DNA of 49,764 nucleotides from Blastocystis sp. subtype 4 (Eukaryota). Location: positions 1-49,764 of the forward strand of contig NW_014569507.1 in the NCBI RefSeq assembly GCF_000743755.1, read 5' to 3'. The position numbers were made by a program, and so were the translations under genes. The notes below the pieces were generated by a model that saw nothing but the letters and a program-made list of their open reading frames with translations, was not told where the DNA came from and ran no database searches. Position 1 is the stretch's first letter. The number at the start of each line of letters is the position of its first letter. This document shows positions 14,037-26,460 of the stretch, in pieces.

Positions 14037-15018
14037 ATGGGATTTCTTATCTCATATCTTGTTGTAACCACTCTTTTATTACCATATTCGCTATCTGAAG
14101 TCGTCTCCAATATGGTTACGTGCAAATATGAGAGTTATTGTTATCCATACTCTCTCTTCAACAATTCGGATTGTATGTCCTATGAAAAGAGTAGGAGTTA
14201 CAATAATATCGAATTCTAATGTCTAGTTCCCAAATGCAGTAACTGGAAGCGAGCATCCTTTGAATTTGTTATCAATAAAGTATCTGTGATACAAGTTTGC
14301 GGTGAAGGGATTCACCAAGATGTACCGTTTTTGTTTAATACGACGACGGCCATTCTTATTCCTTTTTCTTTCTTCCCATCTCAAGGTATTTCTATGAGGT
14401 TTTCAATCCTCGATACTAGTGTTGCAGATCATCATATCTATTTTGCTGATTCTCCTTCTCTTGAATACACTGCTATGTACGAAATGAAGTAGGTGCGAGA
14501 TTGTTTTCATAATAGATAGAGTGGAGTACAACTTTTTCCTAGCTCGTATTTTTCAGTATCCATCTTTAGGGAATTTGTATTTGATTATTGATCCATCTTA
14601 TCCATTCAATGCTACTATTCGTCTCTATAATTCTGTGCTACCTCTAGTTGTTCCTACTGTTGAATTTCATTTGAAAGACTATTTGATGCGGTACATTTTG
14701 CCTTCTTCCCGTATGCTGTTTCTTATTGTGTTGATTCTAGTTTTATCTCTCCAACTGATTTTTTGTATGTGTCTAGCTACGGTTTTGATTATGTGTTGTA
14801 TTGACGTTATTCGTCCTTCTGACATTATGCTACAGCTATCGAGGGATTCACGATATGTTATCAAGAAACTGAAACCCCATCGACGGATACATCGTATTGA
14901 TGTAATGAATTAATTGGAGATTAATCAGTAGAATGGGAAGAAATCGTATCGACGAAATGATTCTGTTCACACAGTATCTAGTGGAGACAATCAAAGCAAT
15001 CGTTCTTCTCGTGCGTAG
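14037..15018 (+). CDS. Hypothetical type I membrane protein
   Basis: Signal peptide MGFLISYLVVTTLLLPYSLS, an ectodomain with several Cys, TM segment LFLIVLILVLSLQLIFCMCLATVLIMCCI and a basic tail. Last exon ends in TAG at 15016-15018. Confidence 0.65.
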
Positions 15019-15109
15019 TTCTTAGTTCATTTAGTTTGTCTGATTGTTCAAAACACGTCAATAGACAATAATTATTACGTCACTGCAAGCAGCAACGCTA
15101 CCAATCACT

Positions 15110-17007
15110 TTACCAACCATCATCCCGCCACTGCGTATTAAAGGACAAACCAGGCGACATCACATCCGTCATACTGTCAGGAATTCCATTACTATCCATA
15201 AAAAGTTCGAAATTGTCATCTCGACGACGAGCACGGGGATTCGAGAATAATGACCCCATCGATAAAACCTCAGAAGAAGCGTTCTGTGATAATGAAGAAG
15301 TGGTCGTTGGTTCCTTGGGCGGAGCCGACTTAACTTCGACAGATTGAGCTGGTTCTTCTGGTATACTCACATTCACAGACTGATCAGGAGTACCCTTCGG
15401 AACGAACTCTGTATATCCAGTAGCCGTGAAGTGAGACTGTTCAGAAGAAGAACCTTTTGGTGATTGTGCCTCTTCAGCTACAGCTTCAGTCTCTTGTTTA
15501 GTAGGCATTGGTAACAACTCCTGCAAAGACTTATGAAGTGTCTCACTTCCATCAAAGAAGTGTTCGTTATCCAATACAAATCGATTATCAAAATAGCTGT
15601 CACTCAGACTGTACATTGAATCTTCAAGTGAAAATGCTTTGCGAGTACTATGAATGGCTTCTTGTGATAATTGAGAGTAAGGATAGTTATCGAGATACGG
15701 ATTCTTGAAAGTCGTATTGTATGTATCATGAATGTCATTAGCAACAGCATGATATGGAGTATACATTGAAGAAGAGAATGGTGTATACAGAGGATGACTA
15801 CGAGCTGGCGTAAATATATCATTCTGATATGGAGAATAGACAGATGATTGGGTTGGATACACGTTCAGTGATGGATAAACTATGATTATTATATTATCAA
15901 ATCACTACCTTGTTGTTGTGGAATTGGTACTGTTGGAGAAGGAACATCGGTTGCTTCTTCGGATACCAAGTGATATTCGACAAAGATCTTATACAACTGC
16001 TCAACATACATCTCTACTCCACAGACACTCACGGATGGATTGGAAGGAGAAGATGGTGATTGAACACAGAGAGAAATACAAGCATTTCTATACATCACGC
16101 GAGCGACAATTCATCACTTCTGTCCATAAGCAGCTGTCAAGTCCTCTAGTTTCTTCAGATCCACATTCTTCAAGCTATCAGCAATTTTCTTACGATAGAA
16201 ATCATTTCGCTCCAATTTCTGAATCTTGTGAAAAGCATTCATCCAGGTTTCACGGTCTTTCGCACAATATACCACTAAACAAGGCCATTTATCCTCAAGG
16301 GAGGCCATACGCAGTCCCCAGCAACCACTACGATCAATAATCGCTTTCAGCAGGCTGTAGCGACACTTGTAGAGAAAAACGTGTCTTTGACCCTTTAAAG
16401 AAAGAGGTCTTTCAAACACTCCTGGTGTTTCCGTGGTTTCCTCCGTCGGGGTTCCTGGTGGGGTTAAAGATGGTTTTTCCTTTGGAGCCATCTTCTTGGA
16501 AGTCTGCAGCGATGTAAGTGGAGAAACACCAGGTTTCTCCGTTGTTTCCCTTGGAGCAGGGCATGGAGAGATGGAGGCAAGTCCCTGAATGAGAACTCGA
16601 ATGGACTGAATCGCACACTGGACAACCAGTGCATCATACACAATAATCACTTTCATTCCCCCTTCTCGTTTTCGAATCATAATATCAATTGATGGGTCTA
16701 ACGTGGAGGCAACGTTCTTCACCAAAGCCACTTCCTCCTTCGTTAACTCCCTTACGATATCCACTGCAACAAAAACAGTATCTGGAAATAAGTACAAATA
16801 GAAATACCAACTATCGACTTGGGAAGGCCAATTCGTTCGCGAAGGTCCTGAAGGAACAGTATCCAGAGGCGGTTCTGGTTTGAAAAGCTGTTCCGAACCT
16901 CCAGAACTAAAAGTAGAACTCTTGGAAGAAGTAAAGAGATTCTGTTGAACTGAACCACTCGGATTGCCAGATGCAATCTTTCGCCTGAACGAATCATTTT
17001 GATCCAT
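15110..17007 (-). CDS. Hypothetical protein with Ser/Pro-rich low-complexity regions, 3 exons
   Basis: ORFs 16114-17007, 15889-16098 and 15110-15862 join in frame through two ~30-nt GT-AG introns. Confidence 0.7.
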
Positions 17008-17146
17008 ATTTTCACACTCACAGGTTCAGGATTAGCCTTTTTTGAGTGGAGAAACAGGTAAACCGTCGAAAACAGAACGAAATCTTTGATTCAATACCAT
17101 TTCGTTGCTTCTACAAGTACCAGAATTAGTCCCATTGTAGGTGAAG

Positions 17147-20100
17147 ATGCAAAAGAGTCAAACAAATCTGATTGCTTCCCTCTGTGATTTGTTAGGTTCC
17201 ATTAATGACAATGAGCGGTACGTGTTTCGTGATTTCCTGTTAGAGACTAGTCAGGAGGCTGAGGCCCAAATGAAAACGTACTACAATATGGATGGATTCC
17301 TTTTAACGTTATTGGAGATCACACAGCTTCCCGTTGTCAATCATGGCAGCCGGTGACTGTTGTCTTGTTTTATTTCACTTCTAGTCTTCAAGCAGCAATT
17401 TATTTCAAAAATGACTTGTCAAAACGATGGTGTTTGAGCTGCAAAGAGACAGATCCCGATAATCCTTCCGTTGTTATTGCATTACCCATCAATCCAGAGG
17501 AGAAAGCTACGATTCGGTCCAATCTCATTTCATTGATGGGTTCTAGCGAAGAAGTGATTGCAAGACAATTTGTAGAATGTTTGTATTTAGATTGTTTCAA
17601 CTCATTCTAAGGTCTCGTTCAGATTGGTTTAGAAGACTATTACATTAATTGGCCTACCATGATGCAGGAACTTGTGGCTCAATGTCAGTCGAATGACGTT
17701 TCCATCATCAGTCGTTGTCTGACTGTCATTGAAGGTATTTGCAAAGTGCTGGAGACAGTTCCCGATAGTGACATTGTGGGTGGTGTTGTTCTTCATTTTG
17801 TGGATGATTTGAACGTATTCTTGCGAACAATGTGGGAAACAATGGTCAGTATTCTTCCACAAGTTCAAAGTTATCCTGGGGATGTTCGTTAATTGTAGAC
17901 GATTATGATAAACTGGAGTTAATCCTCACTTGTCTGCTGTTGATAGCAAATACTCGTCGTTACTGGATCATGGTCGATGTGATCCGTGATATCAACACTG
18001 ACCACGAACAGGAGGATGCTTCTTGTGTGGATCTAGATATCTGGATGTCCTTCTTCAGTGTGATGCTACAGTACACGAATTCCATGTTTGGTCGATGTTT
18101 GCTTCTTGTATCATTTCTAGTCGAAAACCCGACAGCTACGGTTCTGGAAGAACTGAAGGCATCTATTATTTCGTTCTGTACCGTGTAAGCCATGTTGATG
18201 ATCAATGACCTCTAGCTGTGTGAACCGTCATACAGACCTCTTCACCCAATACTTCCAATCCTTCTCATCGGCTATCTGGTCTCTTTTAGCTACTGTAGGT
18301 CCATCCATCAAGTATCAAGAAGTGGCAGTTTCATCACTTCATTTCTTTTCTTCTGTTTGTACGAAGCGAATCTTCCGAGGGGTATTTCAGTCCGGAGATA
18401 TGCTGCAACAGTTAATTGCCAATGTTATCGTTCCGAACTGTATTGCTCAGGAAACACTCCTGGAACAGTTTGAAGTGAAGCCTAATCTCTACATCAAGAA
18501 TTACGAAGAAGTAGCCATGATCATGGGAATTGAGATGTAGGGATATAAGGTGAATTCGCCTCGATATGCTGTTGCTCACTTGATTACAGCCTTAAAGGAT
18601 CAATTCCAGATGAATGTAGGAATTCCAGAAAACTGGCCGATTTTTAGTTTGTCTCGTTATTGATGGAGGCGATCCTTCAGTTGTTGGAAGGGTCTCCCGA
18701 GCAGCGTGATTGTGGTTATCATATGTTCTTCTATCGCAATTGCGAATTCCCATCCATCATGCGATCTATTCGTACAGTGGACGACATTCAATTCGTAAAC
18801 AGCTTCTTAGAGCGCTTTGCTCTCGTTGACTTACAGAGTGCTAGTAATCCGATCTTGATTGCAGATTCGCTAATCACCTGTGATCTATTTCTCAACTTCA
18901 TTCCTGAGGGAAGCATCATGCAGATTCTCCAGCGATGTGTTACCCTGCTCACCGGTACCAGTGAATCTGTGAGAGTATTGAGTGTTATTACGATTGACCG
19001 CATTCTTACAAAGTACCAGCCAAGTCACAACTGTGTGGTTGAGTGATGTGTAGAAGATAATTCTCAGAGCTCAGTGTTAGCAGCTTCCCAACTTGAACCA
19101 TTGATCATTCCACTTACAAACTATTTATTGAATGTATCCATGCCACTAAAACAAACCGATCATTATCTGATCAAGACATATTTGAGAATTGTGTTGTTTA
19201 TGAATGAAAAAGTGCTTAATTGAAAATTTTAATGACTTCTAGATCCTTCCTTTTGCGAAGGATATGCTACAGAAGTTGGCAACAATTCTCTCCATGTTAT
19301 CAGCCAATATCACCAATCCTCATTATGTCCATTATCTCTTTGAGGCTCTCGTTGCTTTTGTTCGCATTTCAAGCTCGAATCAAAGTTTATGTAATGACAT
19401 TGAGAGCTACCTCATTCCTTTTATGCAAGAAGTATAGATCGATATAGTCATTTAGTTTCTAGTATTTGAATCGCGGAATTATTGAATATATGCCGTATAT
19501 CTTCCAACTCTTTGGATTGGTTCAAAATTCGTACGTCCAATCATTTTGTAGATGTTGTATTCTCGTTCAAACGGCACAAGTCAGGTCTTTTTGGATTTGT
19601 TACCAATTGTTTTGAGTGACCAAGTATGGAGCGAAAAATCAAACCAAACTGCTCTCGTATTTCTCCTCAAAGTGTATCTCCAGAAGAATGTTGATTTATT
19701 CCTCGTTGAAAATCGAGTACAGCAGTTGTTTAACATTTTCAGATCTCTCTGTACCCGTAAAACCTCGCGTGTTGATGGATTGGAATTGCTGAGTCACATA
19801 ATCCAGAATCTTCCTTTATCAGTCATTCAACCGTACCTCACATATGTTATTGATATTCTGACCATTCTATCAGGAGTATGTGTTTGAGTTCATGTTCATG
19901 GATAGAAAGGAGCATCACGTGCAGTGAAAGAGGCGATTCTTAACAATCTATCGCTGCTAACGATTTTACATGGAATTGACTGTTCGACCAAATTGATTCT
20001 CGCTCGAGGAACTGAGACTTTCATGTCGTTCTTCACTACAATCTTTATCAATGGAATTGAGACTATGGACGAGACTGTCCGTAAGGTGGAGGTGTATGGT

Positions 20101-20445
20101 ATAAGTCAAATGCTCTTGAAGGAGCAATCGTTCTATCAGCAGCCTTTTACAACATTGGCTCAGGGTATTTTAGCAATGATGCGAGCAGTACTGCGTGATG
20201 TGAACAAGAATTGGACAGACTCCTCCAACTTCCTGGACATCCCTGTGGAATATGATGCATACCACAAATTATCTCTGGCCAATATCGGGGTTGTTGATCC
20301 TATTCCTCAGGTGAACGATTTGAATGGTCTTCTTCGCCAGACTATCTCAAGTGTAATTGGAAACACACCAGGAGGACTGGAAGCCCTTTATGTTTCCTTA
20401 TCTCCTGTAGACCGAGAGTATCTACAGAACAAGTTATCGATTTGA
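17147..20445 (+). CDS. CSE1: Exportin-2 / CSE1 (importin-beta family)
   Basis: IBN_N motif QAAIYFKNDLSKRW. Cse1 segment AIWSLL...KYQEVAVSSLHFF...NVIVPN...EQFEVKPNLYIK. C-terminal motifs NPHYVHYLFE and IEYMPYIFQL. Many short introns. Confidence 0.85.
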
Positions 20446-20466
20446 AGTGTTTGTGAACAAATACCT

Positions 20467-20860
20467 CTAATACTCCCTAGAATCACCTGTATACCGGTTA
20501 TGTAAAACGCAGCTATTGCACAAATGATGTAACAACTTGAACTTGCCACATTTCGGACACACGACGATATTTGTCTTCAATTCCAACTTTTGTGTTGCTC
20601 TTCGCTGACGACGTTTCTGAATTGACGTCTACATCATGAACAACTGTATCCATTCCCACTCTCTTCTTGGGTGTAGCAAATTGAAGAAATGACTCTTCAA
20701 GCCACTTAGCAAGATCAAATTTATGCGTTTCTTCTCTTTGATTCATGATAGCCAGAGGTGTTCGCTGGATTGCCGGCAAAGCAAGTTGAAGCTGGGGAAA
20801 AACAGGAAACATACGAAGCGTAATGGACTGGATACATCTTACAATGCCGTTCATGATCAT
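20467..20860 (-). CDS. MRPL32: Mitochondrial ribosomal protein bL32m
   Basis: After one intron it reads FATPKKR|TSIQKRRQRRATQKLELKTNIVVCPKCGKFKLLHHLCNSC (zinc ribbon), preceded by a long presequence. Confidence 0.9.
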
Positions 20861-20964
20861 GGTAACAGGAATCTAAAAAGCCATTATTGCGACAAGCATC
20901 ACTATGGAAATCGAAAACAAACAACCAAACCACACCGTCAAGAACAAACCACATCTGAGACTCC

Positions 20965-21473
20965 TTAATCGTCCTGAGCCTTTTTCGCCTTATGAAGAGC
21001 AGCACGACGACCCGTTCCCCAGATTTTCTTCTGGTGATTCTTCTTCTCCTTCAACATCTTACGTCCTTGGCGAGGATACTCCTGAATTCCAAACTGTTCC
21101 TCAACTCACTCACAAACACCTACTCTAGCCAAACGATACTTTGCCTCGAACTTCTTGACGTCGTTGAGCGAATCGTAGATGAGAGCAAAACCAGTCGATC
21201 TGCCACCTCCTGGTATTCAGAAAAGGAAAGAAAAGAACCTACCGAAAGCAATTTGGAAGCCAAAGAGAATGATGCACTTATCATCTGAAACGTTGTACTT
21301 CTTAGCAAGAGTAGCCTTGAGTTCCTCCTTAGAGACAGAAGCACGTTTGGGATGAATTACTTCAATCGTCTACCTTCTTATTCCTCAAACAAGGTTCGTA
21401 CCATCTGACGACGCTTGAGCAGAGGATTTCTCATGAACTTTCTCACACGAACAGTTACAGCTGCTTCAGACAT
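20965..21473 (-). CDS. RPS24: 40S ribosomal protein S24 (eS24)
   Basis: Spliced over 3 introns: [24 protein letters not shown]...[13 protein letters not shown]...[16 protein letters not shown]...KYRLARFGI. Absent from the ORF track. Confidence 0.95.
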
Positions 21474-21543
21474 CCTTTACCAGTGTAGTTATCGATATTT
21501 GGTAAACCCCAACTTGGAAGACGTTCAGTGATGCTTGATTATC

Positions 21544-21551
21544 AACAAACA
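21544..21551 (-). terminator. GU-rich polyadenylation element TGTTTGTT
   Basis: Perfect match 3 nt after the RRP43 TGA. Confidence 0.75.
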
Positions 21552-21554
21552 TAA

Positions 21555-22542
21555 TCACTCTAGTTCCATCTCCTTTCCTAATGACTTTCTATATGTCTCA
21601 AACACTTCATATACTTCGTTGTATCGATCACTTGCTTTGCTCCGAAGAGTCATTAACATCTCATCTTTCACAGGTTTTCCTCCTGGTTTCACCAACGATA
21701 AGACCTTTCCATCCTCTCCCAGAACAAAAGTTACCGAGTCTTCAATAATATCCTCTTCAAACACATCAGGGTCCATTACTTCAAAATCTTCAAATAGACC
21801 GAATGAAATACTAATAGGAGTATTCAGAATTTGAAGAGAACGAGGATGATCTAGATTACGAAGAGAGATATAAGTCATACCATAATCGAACACTAATTCT
21901 TCTTCTTTCAGAGATACAGTTGGAATACGAAGGTTCATTAAGGCAGCCAACAAAGCCAACGAACATGCATCAAAGACGCTTCCTTCATAGTCGATACAGA
22001 TCAAATCGGCGTGGGCAACAATAACTCGATTAACTTCCTTTGCATATAAGTCATGAGCATCAATGACATATCTATGAATGATTCGCAGTTCCTAGAATTA
22101 CTTTTCAAAGATACGAGTGAGTGTTTGTGAATAAAAGTAACATTGACTTGGAGGTTTTCCCAAACGCATGTTTGGACTACAAAGAGGTGTTAAATGGACA
22201 TTTATATCTACTCAATAAGGAATTCTCTCAGAACCAACCAAGTTTTCCCGAAGTCTCAGAGGCTTCTAGAGAAGGGAGAAATTCCAATTTGATTCCACAT
22301 ATAATGCCTGTATTTCCTAAACGAACAAAACTAGAACCATCGGCCGTTCCGATATGACCTAATTCCTTAACTAAAGACTAAAGCATCCACCTTCTGATAT
22401 GACAATACCTCTTCCAGTGTCCATATTCCTTCCATCAGGTCGAATGCTTTGTTCAAGGAATCTACGTCATGATGATAGAAATGGTCCAGTACTTCCCATA
22501 ATAGGCTTTGGGAGCAATTCTCTTAAATAATTCGACGTTCAT
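21555..22542 (-). CDS. RRP43: Exosome complex RNase PH-like subunit RRP43 (EXOSC8)
   Basis: [49 protein letters not shown] and [29 protein letters not shown]. Confidence 0.85.
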
Positions 22543-22613
22543 TGAGTGGTAAAGGAGATATTGAGAACAAACAATGAACCGCGGGAAACAACACAGAATG
22601 AGAATCTGTATCA

Positions 22614-22621
22614 AACAAACA
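22614..22621 (-). terminator. GU-rich polyadenylation element TGTTTGTT
   Basis: Perfect match 2 nt after the transporter TAA, so predicted cleavage falls after the T of the stop codon. Confidence 0.75.
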
Positions 22622-22623
22622 CT

Positions 22624-25600
22624 TTACACATATCTAATCCATACATAAATAGTACTGATTAGTAACGTCACGATCATACAAGGAAAACCAAATTTGAAGA
22701 ACATCCCAAATGTGATCGGATACCCTTTAGATGTACTAATACCAGCTGTAACCAAATTAGCTCCAGCACCGACCAGTGTTCCATTACCACCAAAACAAGC
22801 ACCAAATGCAAGTGCCCATGCAAGGGTAGTTATATCAAGATTGAGAGAAGGTTCATTCGCCAGAATCTTGACAACGGGAATCATAGTAGCAATAAAGGCA
22901 ATGTTATCCAGTACAGAGGATACAAGGCCTGCTACCCATAACAACAACATATGTGCAAGAAGGGACTGATACTTGGTAGGTGCCTTCATAATTAGAACAG
23001 CAACCGCATTACCAATTGCTCGAATAACACCCATCTGACTCACTCCCTGAATCATAATGAACAACCCAGCAAAGAAGACTAGTGTCTCCCACTCCAGCAA
23101 TTCAAAAGTTGCATGGAGATCGTCATTGGTACCAAGAAGCAGACACGCAAAAGCACCCGCAATTGCAATGAATGCAGTATCGATACCATGAACAGAATGT
23201 AAAAAGAAGAGGATAATTACGAATAACAACACAGTACCACACTTCAATAAGAGTGGCTTGTTCTTAATAGGATACTTTTGACGTAACATGGGATCCACAT
23301 TACATTTCGATTTCATCAATGTATCCTTAAAATAGAAAAACACAACAATGTACACAAATACCATACACAATAAAGCACATGGACTCATGTGATAGATAAA
23401 GTCAACAAAACCAATGTGATCACTCAACATATTCCCAATAATGATATTTGGTGGATCTCCAATTTGAGTTGCAGTTCCACCAATGTTGGAATAGATCACC
23501 TCAGGCAACAAAAGTGGAATGGGAGAAATCTTCATGATATCTGCCAATTCAATGGTAACAGGAGCAATCAATAGCATGGTAGTTACATTATCAAGGAAAG
23601 CGGAGATAATCCCCGTTAACAAACACAATGAAATGCTTAGTACCAACACATTACCATTACTAAATGTGAACATCGATACTGCTAAATATTCAAAGATCCC
23701 CGTGGTTGATAACATTTGAATCATTACCATCATACCAAAGAGAAGACACAACGTACTGCTATCCATCCAACTGACTACTGTAGACAAGGAAGGAGCATCG
23801 GTCACAAATGAAACAACAAGAAGAGTAAAGAATGCTCCAATGAATGCAACAATAGCTCGATTCACCACTTCGAGAAGAAGGAGGAGATAGATCACGATCA
23901 GAGTAATTGAACCAAGAAGGATTCGATAACGACCTATGGAACCCATTGGCTGAACATGCATCATAAAGCCAACCGCTTGAACTGAATTGGTTCGAACTCT
24001 CATCTTCAGTGTGATATTCTGAAAGTGAGAAAGACCTAATATACTCACAGTGTTCTGAATTTTATCAAGAACGTCAAACTCTTGAAGACTCTCCACTTCT
24101 GTTACAGAATCACTCTCCATCCTAATTTCTTCTCCATAAATCACATCATCAGGACTGGTATGGTCAACTAATGCGTACATCAATGTGTATGGAGTATCAC
24201 TCCGTTGGATAGTAGCACGAACTTCATATAATCCTTGTCGTTTACCTGGGATACTAGAATGAACATGAATGAATCACCAATACCTTAAATACAGTGGATT
24301 CGCAGAGGAGACTGTTTTAATTCCTCCTGGAATGCTTAACTCTGAATCAATCATTGTGGTTGAGTGTAAACCATCACTCTAAGAATGACTCTCCATTCTT
24401 ACACTTACATCAACAGGAAAATGATGTAAACAGAGCAACAACAGCACTAACAAACAACTAACAAAGGTCACACATCCAATTATAATATCCTTTGGAGTGA
24501 GTTTACTTTCACGTAATTTGGAATCATCTCTCTCTAATTCTTCAATGCTTGGTTCTTCCTGTAACTTCTCTGTCATCATTGTCACATCATGTTCATGAAT
24601 AACCCGTTCACGATTCCTGAGTTGATGCTGTGTACGTTGCATTGTATTGCTTGGTACCATCACAACAATTGTTTCTTGTTCTGTTCGTGTACAACATCCT
24701 TTGGTAGTAATTACTGTACGTGTTTGATAAGGCCTTTCAGAATAAGGATCCGGAGGAGGAAGCATCAGACATCGTGTTACAAAAACATCCATCAACTAGA
24801 TTCAATCCAATCAATAGAAATCACTTTTAACAACAAGCGAGGAGTATTTACCTTCCTTGCTGCTTTACCAAACCAAGTCTGAGAGAACATGATAGAGAAT
24901 GCATGACCCATCTCTCGAAGTCTTTGTGTGATAAAAAGATTCAACACATACTCATCAACAGAATTCTGTTCACCAGCACCCAAAACAAACAAGAAATAAC
25001 GAATACTCACATCATTCTCATTCACCATTACTGGTTGTCTCATACGAACAACAGCAAACAATGGTGAAGTTAGACAAGGAAGACAAGTCACATACACTTT
25101 ACAACCCTCTTTTGAGCCACTCTCGACATAGAGATGACGATCTTCGAATAGGTGATAAATCTCGCTACGTTGGGCTGAAGTGATACCGTATCGCAACTCA
25201 TGTTCATTTAAAACCAATGTCAACAAATCGTAAAGAGAATCACAGTGAACATCAAGTAATACAACTCCTTGTTCTAGACCACGACGAAGATTACTAAACG
25301 CTTTTCGTTAAGACAACGTACAACAAATAATGATTGGATATTGATAATGAGGCCACATTACGTACATCATCTGATTCTAGTTCTTGAACACCATCAACAT
25401 AACGGCCAGTTCCAATCCACCCAGAATCACTCTTTTCCCGCTCATTAACATCCACTACCAATCCTCCAAAAGATCCTGAGACAGAGAAGGAACTGAGACG
25501 AAGAAGAGATTCTGTGTTGTGTCTTGAAAGAGATGAAACTGTTTCTTCGAGAGAATCTTCGTGTAGATCAGTGATGACAGCAATGTAATCACCTTCATGA

Positions 25601-25998
25601 GTATCTATGATATCCACACGCATCTCAAAGGAAGATCCATCACTCCTCACACCAGTAACGATGTTGTCAATTTCCAGTTTCAAGGGAAGTCCGCCACCGA
25701 TCGTTTCCAAAGGAGTGAGCTTAAAAAGCGAACGAATGGCATCTGTTCCCAACGCCTGAACAAAGCCAGGATCAACAAGATCTAATACATTGGAACCTAG
25801 CAGGTCATCCTTCTCTTTCAGTAGAAAGATTGTCTACATGAGTGAATACAAACCTGTACATACAGCAGTTTTCTTTGTGTAGTTCTTGATACATCCATTT
25901 TGATCATAACGAATCTTCGCTTTATTAGTCTACAGATCATCACTAGCGGCAGTAGTGAATACGTCACCATTTCGATCTGCGGAAGGTAGATCGCCCAT
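22624..25998 (-). CDS. OCA2/P-protein-type (ArsB/CitMHS, IT superfamily) transporter fused to an N-terminal PAS domain and an SLC4/Band-3-like cytoplasmic domain
   Basis: Transporter motifs SAFLDNVTT, SNIGGTATQIGDPPNIII, EWETLVFFAGLF, SSVLDNIAFIATMIPV and WALAFGACFGGNGTLVGAGAN. All upstream exons splice in frame through 28-33 nt introns, giving about 1050 aa. Confidence 0.85.
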
Positions 25999-26460
25999 AT
26001 TCGAAAAGCTAGAAATCATCAACTTCCTGAGTCAAATACCTGGAAAAAACACGAGGAAGGTTTTCAATGACTCCAACCTCCTGAGTTTCCTCGACAAGAC
26101 TAATTGACAAGACGTCAACAAATCTACTGGTCCGAAACTTTTGGTTTATCGTCCCCTTTAGGAACACTCACAAGCTCAATACTCATTTTGGAGATTCTGT
26201 TCCAATCTAACAATCTTCCACGGGAGATTCTTCCATTTGGCAGAGCAATTGCTTTTATTCATTGATCTAAGTTCCACTTGCTAATTTATCGAGCTTACTG
26301 GAGATAGAATAACCCAATTGAAATAGATGATTGTATCTCTGAAAGAAAGGGGATGGCTATCATTCAGCCATTCACCATTGATACTACACCATTCATCCCA
26401 CTTTCATTGTTATGGTGGGATAAAAGTAATATCCAATTCCTTTCTTGCACATTTACTCTC

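Noticed and set aside
16180..16390. Possible degenerate KH domain (LLKAIIDRSGC...)
   Set aside because: No GxxG loop, and the resemblance is too weak without a profile search.
20904..21344. ORFs 20904-21128, 20992-21288 and 21120-21344
   Set aside because: Antisense or off-frame shadows of RPS24.
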